Shown piece after piece: positions 1-10,173 of a stretch of DNA of 20,000 nucleotides (positions are counted from its first letter, which is position 1; the number at the start of each line of letters is the position of its first letter). The notes beneath the pieces are model-generated. The model ran no database searches and had not been told where the DNA came from. It was given only the letters and a program-made list of their open reading frames with translations. Origin of the DNA: Patellaria atrata CBS 101060. Taxonomy: Eukaryota. Position numbers and translations under genes: made by a program. The stretch lies in contig MU006101.1 in NCBI GenBank assembly GCA_010093705.1, forward strand, positions 715,243-735,242, written 5' to 3'.

Positions 1-3000
1 TATTTGGAACTCAGCATCTCTTAACATATCCGTCTTCACTCAACGGTATGTCCCATATGCTTGTAAACCGCATTCTTGGACAGGAGATTCATTTTGGACT
101 TCGCAAGGAAGGCGTGGTAATCAGGGCTCTTACAAAGGACGGTCTTCTCCAGTATGTACCTTGCCGTGTGTTTACGAACGAAGATTCGGTTGATATTCCA
201 TTGAGTCTTATCCAAGATTGCGTACATTGGGCGAATATCAACTCGAGGCATATAGAGTTCCGGCGCAAACCTGCAATTTGGAAAACCAGGCCAGGTAATT
301 GGGTCATGGATCTCACTACTCGTCACGTACGACGAAGAAACTCTCTATTAGTCGACCCCCATTCTGACCTTTTTCGATGCGTTGCGGGGATCTTTGGTCA
401 TTTTGAGGAAACGAAACGGTTCACAAGTTTCCAACCTCACAGAGGACTTCTTTCGGTTGAGATTCGACATCTGGAGCTTTCGTTCTTCGGTAATAGCAAT
501 GGCCTCCTTCAGTGCCGGGAGTTACAGGCCGAAATGGATCCGAATCAAGACGCAGGGACCTGGTACGGACTTGAGAGCAAAGTTGTCCTACGCGATATAC
601 ATGATACAGAGCGCCGTAGCATAATTGCAGCTTTAGGAGCGCTGAAATATCAGCGTCGTGGGATGCATGTCACTGTACGGGCAACCACTACCAATGAATA
701 TGGTAGGTTTTGGATTGATAATCTACTTGGGCGATTATTGTGCCCACCGGAACCTCGATTGCTACATTCAAAGGCCCAATTTCATGCGTTCACATCATTT
801 GTTCTTCCAGACCCTCTGACAGGCCGAACCGGTACTGAAGAAGCTTTTCATACGCTTAGGTCTGGGTACTGTCAACCATGGGTACCGTTAAATGACGATC
901 TTAAAACTATATTAAAGGCGATCAAAAGGCTGAGTCCGCAGAGGGAATACTATCCCGAAGACAAGCGAAAACTTCAACAAGTTAAATGGGACAAAAGTCT
1001 GACTATGCTGATCCAGCACGAGAATTGTGAGCCACTAGTCGAAGAAATCCTAAGAAAATCTAACCGGCTCCAAGCTTTTACCCAGCTTGACCAAGCTGAA
1101 GAAGAATCTGACCATGATATCCTATCGCATCTTCGGAAGCGCGTTTCCGCCCATCGATTGATCTACGAGCGGGATAGCTCGATCTATGGGATTAATCGGA
1201 CAGTCGAGGACACTGTCTACCAACCAAGAGACCGAAATGCAAATCTAGTGCAATCAAGGAATGTATATCAGGTTGTGAAACTCTTGTTGAAACGACCATT
1301 CTCTATACCGTTCCCCAAGATGCATTTCACGGCCATGTTGGGTGATTGGAAGCTCATTGGCAGATTCGGAAATGACCCTAACTGTCTCTCTCATTCCATG
1401 ATTGATCTCATTGAAAGCAATATTGCCGAGAAATGGGGTTCTCCGATGGACGTTTGGTGACATTCAGATGCTCAGGATGCTCATGGTCTTATGTTTCGCC
1501 TAAGTCTATTGTCATTCGACCGGAATGCCGATATGGACGTAATCATATCACTGGCCGCAATTTGTTGCCTGAAAGAATTGAAAGCTCTCCCCCTCCCCCC
1601 CGCCCCAAATGGTCCTTCATTCTCTGGTTTCAAGCTAAATGAAGATCTAGAGCTACACACGGTCTTGAAATATACTGAACTTGGATACCCCAAGTACACC
1701 CCGAATCATTCACAGAGGGAATCTGATCAGGATAGAGCCTGAGCACCATCGAACGAAGTGTGAGGAAGATGCTCAAATGCTCGCTCGTTATATCCATAAC
1801 CAGTGGCCAACCCCAACTCCATCAACCCTAGCATTCCAGTCGACAATCATCAATGTCAATTCGGTCATGGAAAACCTCCTGCCAGAGTAGAGCCGCCTCT
1901 ATCACAATAAACAGCTGTCTGCATATGCATTAGAGGCTCAGAAAATATTGGATCGATGTACAGAGTCGATGGGTTTTCCCGCGCCGAAAGCCTGGTCCGC
2001 ACACCGGATAATATCTTCAGACCCTCACCGTAGTATTATTACTTCATCCCTATCTCGCGATCTAGTACTTAAAGACGGCCCGCTTAATTGGGCATTCCCA
2101 CCTGATACTAAGGAGTCGCATGCGGACAAAAGCCTACCGCTAGGTGTCAACCTATATCATAATATTGATTTAACCCGCGAAAAAAGCCCGTCTAAAGATG
2201 TGTTTGAGCTTCGCAGGATCCTCAATCCATTCGCCACGTCCCCGGACGTCCAGCGGCAACATTATGGTTATGACCTGAGGCGAAGTCTCGACGCAATACA
2301 GAACCTTCACACCCTACCTCCAGTTCGAGAGGCAACACCACGGATAGAAGATCTCACAAGGACTTTAGAGACATGCAATATTGCCGTAAGACATCAGCTT
2401 GGTCGCATCGTAGATTCGCTATACTTCGAAGATCCACGCCACAAATGGCTCCAAATTGGCCATATATGGCCGTGTATCACTCCAGTGACCCTTCTTGAGT
2501 TACTACGTACATGCTCTGACTATAGATATTGACTTAATATGAAGGAATCTCTTGTTTACTATGGTGAACTGCTTTTTCTTTTGCAACGGTACCATAGGAT
2601 CAAAATTTTCTTTTTACGAAATGATCGAAATAAACTGTTTGAAGAATTGCAAAATACGGGTCATGAGAACTGGAGTCCAGTGGAGTTTCCCGACTGGTTA
2701 CTTCTGGAAATCGATGCGAATATTCTGATTCGCGCAGAGCAAGTAAGGGTTGCACAAGCGATTATAACGCCAGTATCGGGAATAAACTCAGTGTTACAGA
2801 TGAACATGGGCAAAGACGAATGATTTAGCATTTCAAAGGTTTCTAAGAAGTTAGAGTGCGAAAAATTTCGTAGGAAAAACCTCGTGTATTCTACCCTTGG
2901 CAGTAGTAGTTCTTGCAAACAAAAACCAACTCTCGCGTGTAATTGAACCAAATGCGTTGCTCCAACAAGCAGCTCAAACAATTCAATCTAGAATCGGAGG

Positions 3001-5330
3001 TTTAATAGGTAGGGAAATTAGACACATCCCCTTCTCTCGAAGAACCTCCACAACGGCTAGGATGATTAACCTGTACTCAGACCATCACCATGAAATTCTA
3101 CATTGTTGTGGCGTCTTCCTGACCACTTCAGAGCATGTCTTATCGTATCAACTGTGTGGGTTTCAGCAACTCGCGGATGGTAACTCACAACAGGCCCAGG
3201 AGATGATAAAATTTTAATCTTGGTTAAGACGTACGTGCCGTGACGTCCTCGATGAATGCGATTACACATTAGCAGTAAAGACGCGGCTGATCTATCCAAA
3301 TGGACCGCAAAAATTGTAGATGGGCATCCGCAGCGCTGGAAGATCGCAGAGAATCTTCTATCCCTTGTTGTAGATCAACTTCAGGATGTTCAGCACGAAT
3401 TTCCACGAAGTATTCAGGTCTTTCCCAGACAACAAGGTTTTCCGATAGTCCGTTTCATTCAGGAGGATGTTGAAGATGCCTTAGCCCGGTGTGTCCAAAA
3501 CGCGATCTGTCAAGGGGAGACATCTTTCTTGCGATTTCAGAATTCGCCGTCGGATGAAGATATAGCCGAGCTCAAGCATGTCCTAACAGAAGAAAATGTT
3601 GATATGAAGGGTATTAAACAGGTATCCCGACTTTTCGCGGAGAAGGATTCGGCTGTTATTTTTTGGAGTGAATAACAATGCCTGGGTTCAGTATCGCGGA
3701 GGAAAGGCTAAGGTGCCTCTCCTAGCTACACCCTTTGCCGAGAACCTTGATGCATGCCTTGTTTATCTTGACCAGGCTCACACCAGGGGGACAGATCTGA
3801 GACTCCCTCAGAATGCTACTGGTGCATTGACACTGGCGCTGGTTCAAACCCAGGACCATACAGTACAAGGTAAGCTACCTATACCTCCCCATGGTGTGTT
3901 TGAGGCTTATCTATTTAGCTGCCATGAGGCTACGACAACTTGCAACTACGCAATCTGTCGCATTCTTCGCCCCCCTGAAGTTCACCAGAGCATATTAAAT
4001 ATGTGTAGAAAGGAAACGGGTGAGCAAATCGATTCATCTGACGTCATTAGCTGGTTGCTCGAACAAACCTGCCACTTGAATGGCCAACTCCAAAGTTTTT
4101 ATATTGCTCAAGGTACAGACTTCTGTCGGAGGACCGATGCGCAGTGAATCCACGGAAAACATCTGGATAAGAGACGCAGTAAAGGTGTTTTTATCAAAAA
4201 CAATCCAGAATTCGGAGGAACAGACTTTGGAAGGCATGTATGGTGGTATTGGAGCAGAAACAACCACGGTTACTGAACCCTCCTCTTCGACGCCGAAAGT
4301 CTTTATGTCGGTGCTGAGTGGAAATTTGCCGGCAGTAAAACGAAACAATGTTTCGAGCTCTGCATTGCAAGAAGTGGAGCAGGAAAGAGAGATCGAGGTT
4401 CAAGTAGAGGAGGAACGCGAGGTTCAAAAGCCAATCCACTACACGGCTCTGAAATTCCTTGGTGTGCACGATGTAATCTTCACTTTCGTTCAAACAGGGA
4501 AGCTTGTGGGTGAATGTGGTTATGAGCCTGCATCTAAGGCTTTATCACGAACTTCCATCGGCCAGAAGTATGCTATTCGCAGCACCGGGTCGAAACTCTT
4601 CGTCTCGGTGGAATTGACACGCACCGTTGAACCTGAAGGAGTTCCGAATGACAATTTCATGGGGAGATGCTCAGACATTGTGGTTTTCCTTCATATTTTG
4701 AGGACTAACATTCTTCAGAGACAGGTTGATTGGGTTTTATGGAACCCAAATAATGAAACGGCGCCCATAATTATCCCTGAGGAGGCCGAATTCTTGATAC
4801 CCGTTATTCGGCTGATGCGCGATCTAAAAGTACATCTCATCGCTTATGCCTCGCCGGTCATTAAGAGCATGCTACATTTCAACCGGCTTTCATATTACGT
4901 CCTTCCCGCTCTCCCTAAAAATAGACAGTGCCCTCATGGTTCTCTACCGAACTTGGAATATTTGCGGGCCGTCTATACTTGGAATTTTCAGAATGTGCTG
5001 GTGAAGAAGTGTTTGACTCTTGCGGGCGCCAGTGATTCGAACGCTGCGCAAGATGCTGCAGCACCGTTCGGTATTTCCATGAAGAATCCTTCTAGATTTA
5101 TGCTCGAGTGGTTGAGTGTTCCGCGTAAAGGGTAAGATATTTCACACACTCCAATGGGTTATATTTGTCAGGGGCGGCCGTTACCTCAAAGCCACCCTTT
5201 CTTTATATAGAGGTCAGTGGATATTAACGCTGAGGGATCGCATTCCGCTGTGCGAGGAGAATTGAATCATACCATGGATGAAGAAGAAGAGGAGGAGGAT
5301 ATTGACCTATATGACGAAGAGGAATTGTGA
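1..5330 (+). pseudogene. Disabled giant DUF3638-family P-loop protein gene (DUF3638/DUF3645-type, often auto-annotated 'ubiquitinyl hydrolase'); 5' part lies outside the window
   Basis: Colinear + strand ORF fragments carry family-typical motifs: PDQDAGTWYG-like PNQDAGTWYGL, LPDPLTGRTGTEEA, GHENWSPVEFPDWLLLEID, Walker A QMNMGK/GKTS (across relic intron 2816-2873), Walker B RDVLDECD (DECD 3251-3262), VDGHPQRW, LDQAHTRGTDL, QAAMRLRQL (across intron 3870-3918), EVEQEREIE, and C-terminal RKG*DISHTPMGY...HPFF plus an acidic tail ending at TGA 5328-5330. Lesions: in-frame stops at 1458, 1888, 2530, 3215, 4145, 5133 and 5208; frameshifts near 1740, 3310, 3660, 3970, 4150-4200 and 4920/5000. The frame is open from position 3, so the gene extends upstream. 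Confidence 0.88.
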
Positions 5331-5845
5331 GCAATGGCTAGCTGCGCTGTCATCGGGTGCTTCTGAAGATCAGGGACTTCTTAATTTTCTACTGCTCCTC
5401 ATCTGAAATTTTCAAGTGTACACAGCATAATAACTATCGTAGTGATCATGATTGCGGATTAGTTAGATGTAACAAACTAGGAATGGAAAGTGTTCTACAT
5501 TTCAACTTGGAGATGAATATCTTTCAGTAGTGCTTCATAGCACGATAGACCGAATTGAGACTGTATGTGACATAAAAAAGAGGATGAGTGTAACCCAAAG
5601 CTTAGAATTTACAAAAGACTACAAGAATCAAATTGTTCCTTGCACAATGTCTGCGTTTTCGTCCGCAAAACTGGCAAACTGACATCAAAGCCAAGCGCCC
5701 TTCTAATTCGCCAATCTAGCCAACTCTTCCCGACCTTGAACCTCAACCTTCAACTTCACTTCCAATTCTCCAACGGTTCCATCGACCTTACAACCGCACC
5801 TGTACCTCAATTGCCCTGGGCGAACCTCTGCGACATCTACAGGAT

Positions 5846-6299
5846 ATGTCGAACCCACACGAAGCGAAACAAGGCATTCAGCCCTGGTCTGTCAGGCCAG
5901 GCTATAGCACTTACCAATCTCCATATGGACCAAAGTACGTCAGAGCAAAACAAAAAAAGACTGCAAACGGAATCGAGATAGAGCATATATACTGATAAGT
6001 GGTCTTACAGATACAAAACTAACTGGAACTTTCACGGCATCGATGCGAGAGCTGCCACGAGAGCGTAAGTTTCCTCCTGTAACTATTGCGGAAAATGTGA
6101 TAAGGAGATACGGGATGTGGAGCTGACATCGTTCGGTCACAGTGGCATTACGGCAGCCGCGTTTGGTGCCACCGCGGGTGTGTTCGCGCTCTTCTTCTTC
6201 GCTGAGGTGCCGAGAGTGAGGCAGGATATCATGGAGAAAGTCCCGATTCTTGGGCCGTATTTCCATCATGAGGTTCCGCCGGAGGATAATCCGTTCTAA
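5846..6299 (+). CDS. QCR10: Cytochrome b-c1 complex subunit 10; exons 5846-5934, 6011-6064, 6143-6299; 99 aa
   Basis: Spliced product MSNPHEAKQGIQPWSVRPGYSTYQSPYGPKYKTNWNFHGIDARAATRAGITAAAFGATAGVFALFFFAEVPRVRQDIMEKVPILGPYFHHEVPPEDNPF has the SPYGPKY, FFFxEVPRVRxDI and PPEDNPF motifs of fungal Qcr10. Introns are GTACGT..CTGAT..CAG (5935-6010) and GTAAGT..CTGAC..CAG (6065-6142), and the frame is conserved across both. Confidence 0.92.
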
Positions 6300-6558
6300 A
6301 TAATACGCGTCGGTTCGTGATGGGATTGAATGGAGATAGGGTGCTAGGCACGTGCCAGGTCAGAGATGCATGGACAGTGTATCATATAAAAGGGTCTATG
6401 TGTGTACAGTACGGGGAGAGATTATCACAATAGAGTTCTTTATCTTCAACACCACCACTTCAGGCTCCAATTCATTCAATTGCAGGAGACTTTGAGGTAT
6501 ATTATATGATACCACAGTCCAGAGGACATTATGATCATATCGTAGAACCATGAGCCCC

Positions 6559-7518
6559 CTAATTCGTCGGTAATCTTCCTACAACTTCCGCCATCTCCTC
6601 ATCAGTATAGATCCTGAACCCCTTCTCCTTGGTCACACTAGCTAGCTGCACGTTTTTTGAATCTAGTTTCTCCTCCATGACCTGCTTGAGCGTCTTCAAC
6701 ACCAGCACCTCCGCCTCGGGTAGCGTGAGAGACTTATGAAACTCGTTTTGCAGCTCTGCTTGTGCTCCCTCAGAACCAGATCCTATCGCCTTAGCATCAT
6801 ATCTGTAGAACGTGCCCGAGGGCTCCGCATGGTATCTGTATCACCGTCAGCCTCAATAACCCTAACCAACACCCCAAGTTCCGCCACACAACTCACAAAC
6901 TCGGTCCATCTTCATCAAACCCCGCAATCAACAACGCCACACCAAAGGGACGAGACATGATACTCTCCTCGCCCTCGGCACCCTCGCCGAACCTCAGCGC
7001 CAGATCACATATTGCCTGCGTGCAGCTCTCAACCCTCAGTGGCTCGTTGTAGTGGAAGGCGTGGTTCTGCGACTCAACGCGTGCGTGCTCTATCATGCTG
7101 CGAGCGTCAGCCTGAAGCCCGCTCATCGCGCATCCGATGTGTCGGTCGATCTCGACGATCTTTTCTACAGAGGAGGTTTCGAGGAGGGTGGAGGTCACGC
7201 GCTTTTCGACGCCGAGGATCACGCCGTGGCCGGTGGCAACCTGGGAGCGAGTTTAGTATGGTTTGTACGTGTGGAAAGGCGGGAAGAGACGAACGCCTAT
7301 TGCTGTTGAACCGAGTTTGATTGCTTCTAGGGAGTATTCGACTTGGAAGAGGCGGCCTTCGGGGGAGAATGTGCTGGGAATGGTGAGTTTTTACAATGTG
7401 GACTATAGAGAAGGTAGGTCATACTTGATCCCGCGGTCTATCGGACACACATGTTAGAGTAGAGCTTAGATATTGCGGGTGTTTAGAGCTTACCATATTC
7501 AGACCGTGCAATAAACAT
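6559..7518 (-). CDS. PUP2: 20S proteasome subunit alpha 5; exons 7518-7494, 7437-7425, 7373-7295, 7240-6897, 6835-6559; 245 aa
   Basis: Spliced product begins [39 protein letters not shown] (alpha-subunit N-terminal signature). It contains [38 protein letters not shown] and [17 protein letters not shown]. Four GT-AG introns, and the exons total 738 nt in frame. Confidence 0.96.
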
Positions 7519-7675
7519 CTTGGTGTTTGGGGTGTTGTGATGGAGATGTGTGCGAAAAGAGAGACAATGACGGTAATATGCGGCAGGGATTAGGAAGTTT
7601 GAATGTCTAAACTTTAGACGGGATTGCTACGTTTAAGAGAAATATTTTGATATTGTATCACACATCTCGCAGTTT

Positions 7676-7681
7676 GGAGCT
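7676..7681. promoter_or_regulatory. GGAGCT, candidate filamentous-ascomycete proteasome (Rpn4-type) element upstream of PUP2
   Basis: Exact GGAGCT about 160 nt upstream of the PUP2 ATG. The same hexamer occurs upstream of RPN2. It is a short motif, so a chance match is possible. Confidence 0.4.
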
Positions 7682-7977
7682 CAGGCAGTTACAGCTTCGT
7701 GGATCATCTAGCTATTCCCTTTTTAGGATAGACTCCGTTGGGCGGAGCGGAGCGGAAACGGGCGGGGCTTGGACAATTCGTGATTAATATTCAATGAGGT
7801 TTGGGTAGATAAGTTTTTTGTCCTCACGAGAATAAGCTCTTAGTACTAATAAGAGAATTCTGTGCACTTGGACGATGTTCATAGATGATACGTATGATGC
7901 ATTTTTAATTCGTACTTCATAATATTTTAAATGCTAACTACATGCCCATCCCATCACAACTATGATCTACAAGTGAT

Positions 7978-8783
7978 CTATCCAGACCACACTGGTGGTC
8001 CGGGGGGGGTGTAGCTCGTAGGAACGGGGTAATAGATGTTGATCTGAATACCTGGATCGCTGGCCTTGTACGCACCAGGGAAAGCGACTAGGGGACCTGG
8101 GTTGCCATTACCGCCTCCGGTGACGGTAAGCTGCGCGCAAGAGATATAGAATTGAGCACCACCAGCGGAGCCAGCACTGTGAAGAGCGATGTGCTCAACG
8201 CGGAGGAGGTAATCGCCGGAAGGAGTTGCAGAGGGGATCTTGAAGTTGACCGCTGTCTTGCCTACAACAAGGGTTGGTACAATAGTTCTGTGCGGTCTGA
8301 AACCATATCATTGTTCTACTTACCACTTGATGGCCATGACAATCCACCGGCTGAGAAGTTGGGACCGTCAGAATAGATCTTGAACCACACGGCGCCACTA
8401 CCATCCCAGCTTTCAGCGGTTTGACCCGAGGGTACCTTGGCCATATAAATCTGAAGGGGACCGGGATGGCTGATGGATGCTTTAGCAGTGAAGCCGACGG
8501 TGCTTCCAGCGGAAACAGTCATGGTTTTCGCCGTTGGGTTTCCGGCATCCGGGTAGCAACGGATGGCATTGTCGTTGACGTTTGTTACGGGGCCATTGCT
8601 GTACTTATTTGCGGTTCTGCGCACATACTCCCATTCTGCTGTGCTCTGACCGTTTGCGATCAGGGCCGGAAAGAGATCTATACCTCGTTAGACCTTCGTA
8701 AAGTAAACTGAGAGTGGTGATTCGGACATACAATGGGCCTGGGCGGCAGATGCCAGAGCAAGCACGACGGCGGCGAACTTCAT
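7978..8783 (-). CDS. Secreted AA9 (formerly GH61) lytic polysaccharide monooxygenase, catalytic domain only (no CBM1); exons 8783-8732, 8677-8324, 8261-7978; 229 aa
   Basis: Signal peptide [16 protein letters not shown] is followed by His1 (HYLFPAL). Second brace His in [12 protein letters not shown], then [25 protein letters not shown] (Q/Y of the copper site), FPGAY and PGPPVW. Introns 8731-8678 and 8323-8262 are GT-AG. Confidence 0.95.
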
Positions 8784-8861
8784 GATGGGTAATGGGGGAG
8801 GTCGGAGTAGGCTTAAACGCACAAACTTCAACCAGGAACATCTAGGACATTCTCTCTTGCA

Positions 8862-8868
8862 TTTATAC
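8862..8868 (-). promoter_or_regulatory. TATA box of the AA9 gene
   Basis: Minus strand reads GAGTATAAATGC about 80 nt upstream of the ATG at 8783. Confidence 0.55.
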
Positions 8869-10173
8869 TCTTGCACTGCCCTGGTCTTCGGGCGCAGTAC
8901 CCCGTGGGGAAGCGTATATGTGGAGATCAATTTTCTTTAATTACATCTTACCAGACTAGGATTCTATCAAGTGGCGGCATCGTTACCGACTAGTAGATGA
9001 ATATTGGGTACAAGGAGTCACTCCAACCCAACGATGGACCGTTAGGGAAACCCAACAGGGGAAACCTAAAATGAAAGCTTGTTTTGCGGATGGACATGTG
9101 GGTCTCTAATTACGGAAGATTGCACCCGTATAAAACTACGACCTTCAAGATATAAATACAAGACTATTGACTACCGATGACGAAAGCATAGAAATCTCGG
9201 AAAGATAGCATGGCTAGGTTGGCGTAAGATAGTAACATCTTAGCCACAGTTTGATCTAGGAGGTTGAGAAGAATGAGTAACAGCTATTCACTCCATAGAT
9301 TGTAACATGGAACAATGGAGACCGGAACGAAAACGTGAACAAAGATTTTTACGTATGTAGTTGATCACACCTAGACATTGTCTATGAAGAAGAAAAGACA
9401 AGGCTGTAAGGACCTCACCTTCGATTCATCGGAACGGCAGTACGACCATGCCTCGCAAACGATCAAGGATGATGGTGTATCAATATGGATGAATAGCTCG
9501 TGGCCAACAATGTAAAGAGTAGCGAATGAGGATAATGGAATGGTATAACAAATATGGTTATTGAGATTAACCGGACGTACGGGTAGATGGAAATATATTG
9601 AGCAGGGCCCTTTCATATAATCTTTGATACTGTGACCGTTTGACAATGCTTGGAACCTTCTTCAACATTTATACAGCTCTAGTCTAGTTTAAACTCTAGG
9701 GCGAATTTACTAAGCTTTGTAGCCGATATAGTTCTAAACAGTTTGAGAACTGGTGAGCAGTTGATTTTTGAAAGTTACGTTCATACATTGGATAATTCTT
9801 GCCGTTAGCTATAATGGGAGGTATAGATTTCTGCAACCTACCTTACCCGTGATCAAAGTTCATATCGCATTATAGATTGATATATGAAAGATAATTCTGA
9901 AATAGAAGGACCGATAATACTCATTATGTCCTATTAAGTCCAAGGGTTCCCGGTGGGTTTCTGCTACGGTTGGCTTTCTTTCTCTCACTTCTCGCGGTCA
10001 CAGTCAAATTTGCAGTCCATCACAGGAGACAAAGGAGGAAATAAAACGTGACATTTCAAAAGAAGGCAAGACGATGCCTTCATGCTGATTAATAGACTGA
10101 ACAATTCCTAAACCCATCCTGGGGATTCCCGTCCCAAAGTCCAGTACACGTAAGTGAATATCCGCCCAAGTTT

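Noticed and set aside
1..5330. Stop-codon readthrough, A-to-I editing or programmed frameshifting rescuing the DUF3638 gene
   Set aside because: There are too many heterogeneous lesions (TAA, TAG and TGA stops, indels, lost splice donors, apparent deletion) for recoding to be plausible.
5640..5981. 113-aa ORF upstream of and overlapping QCR10
   Set aside because: TTG start, a different frame from QCR10 exon 1, and it runs through the promoter/5' UTR and into intron 1.
7232..7240. Yeast PACE-like GGTGGCAAC
   Set aside because: It lies inside PUP2 exon 4 (codons VAT), is explained by coding sequence, and is not a promoter position.
9113..9128. CGG-N10-CCG as a ClrB/CLR-2 cellulase activator site
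   Set aside because: The spacing does not match the N8 or N11 motifs I recall, and a single occurrence is expected by chance.
9371..9646. 91-aa minus-strand ORF in the AA9-CET1 spacer
   Set aside because: Non-ATG start, no recognisable motifs or splice structure, and no transposon hallmarks seen.
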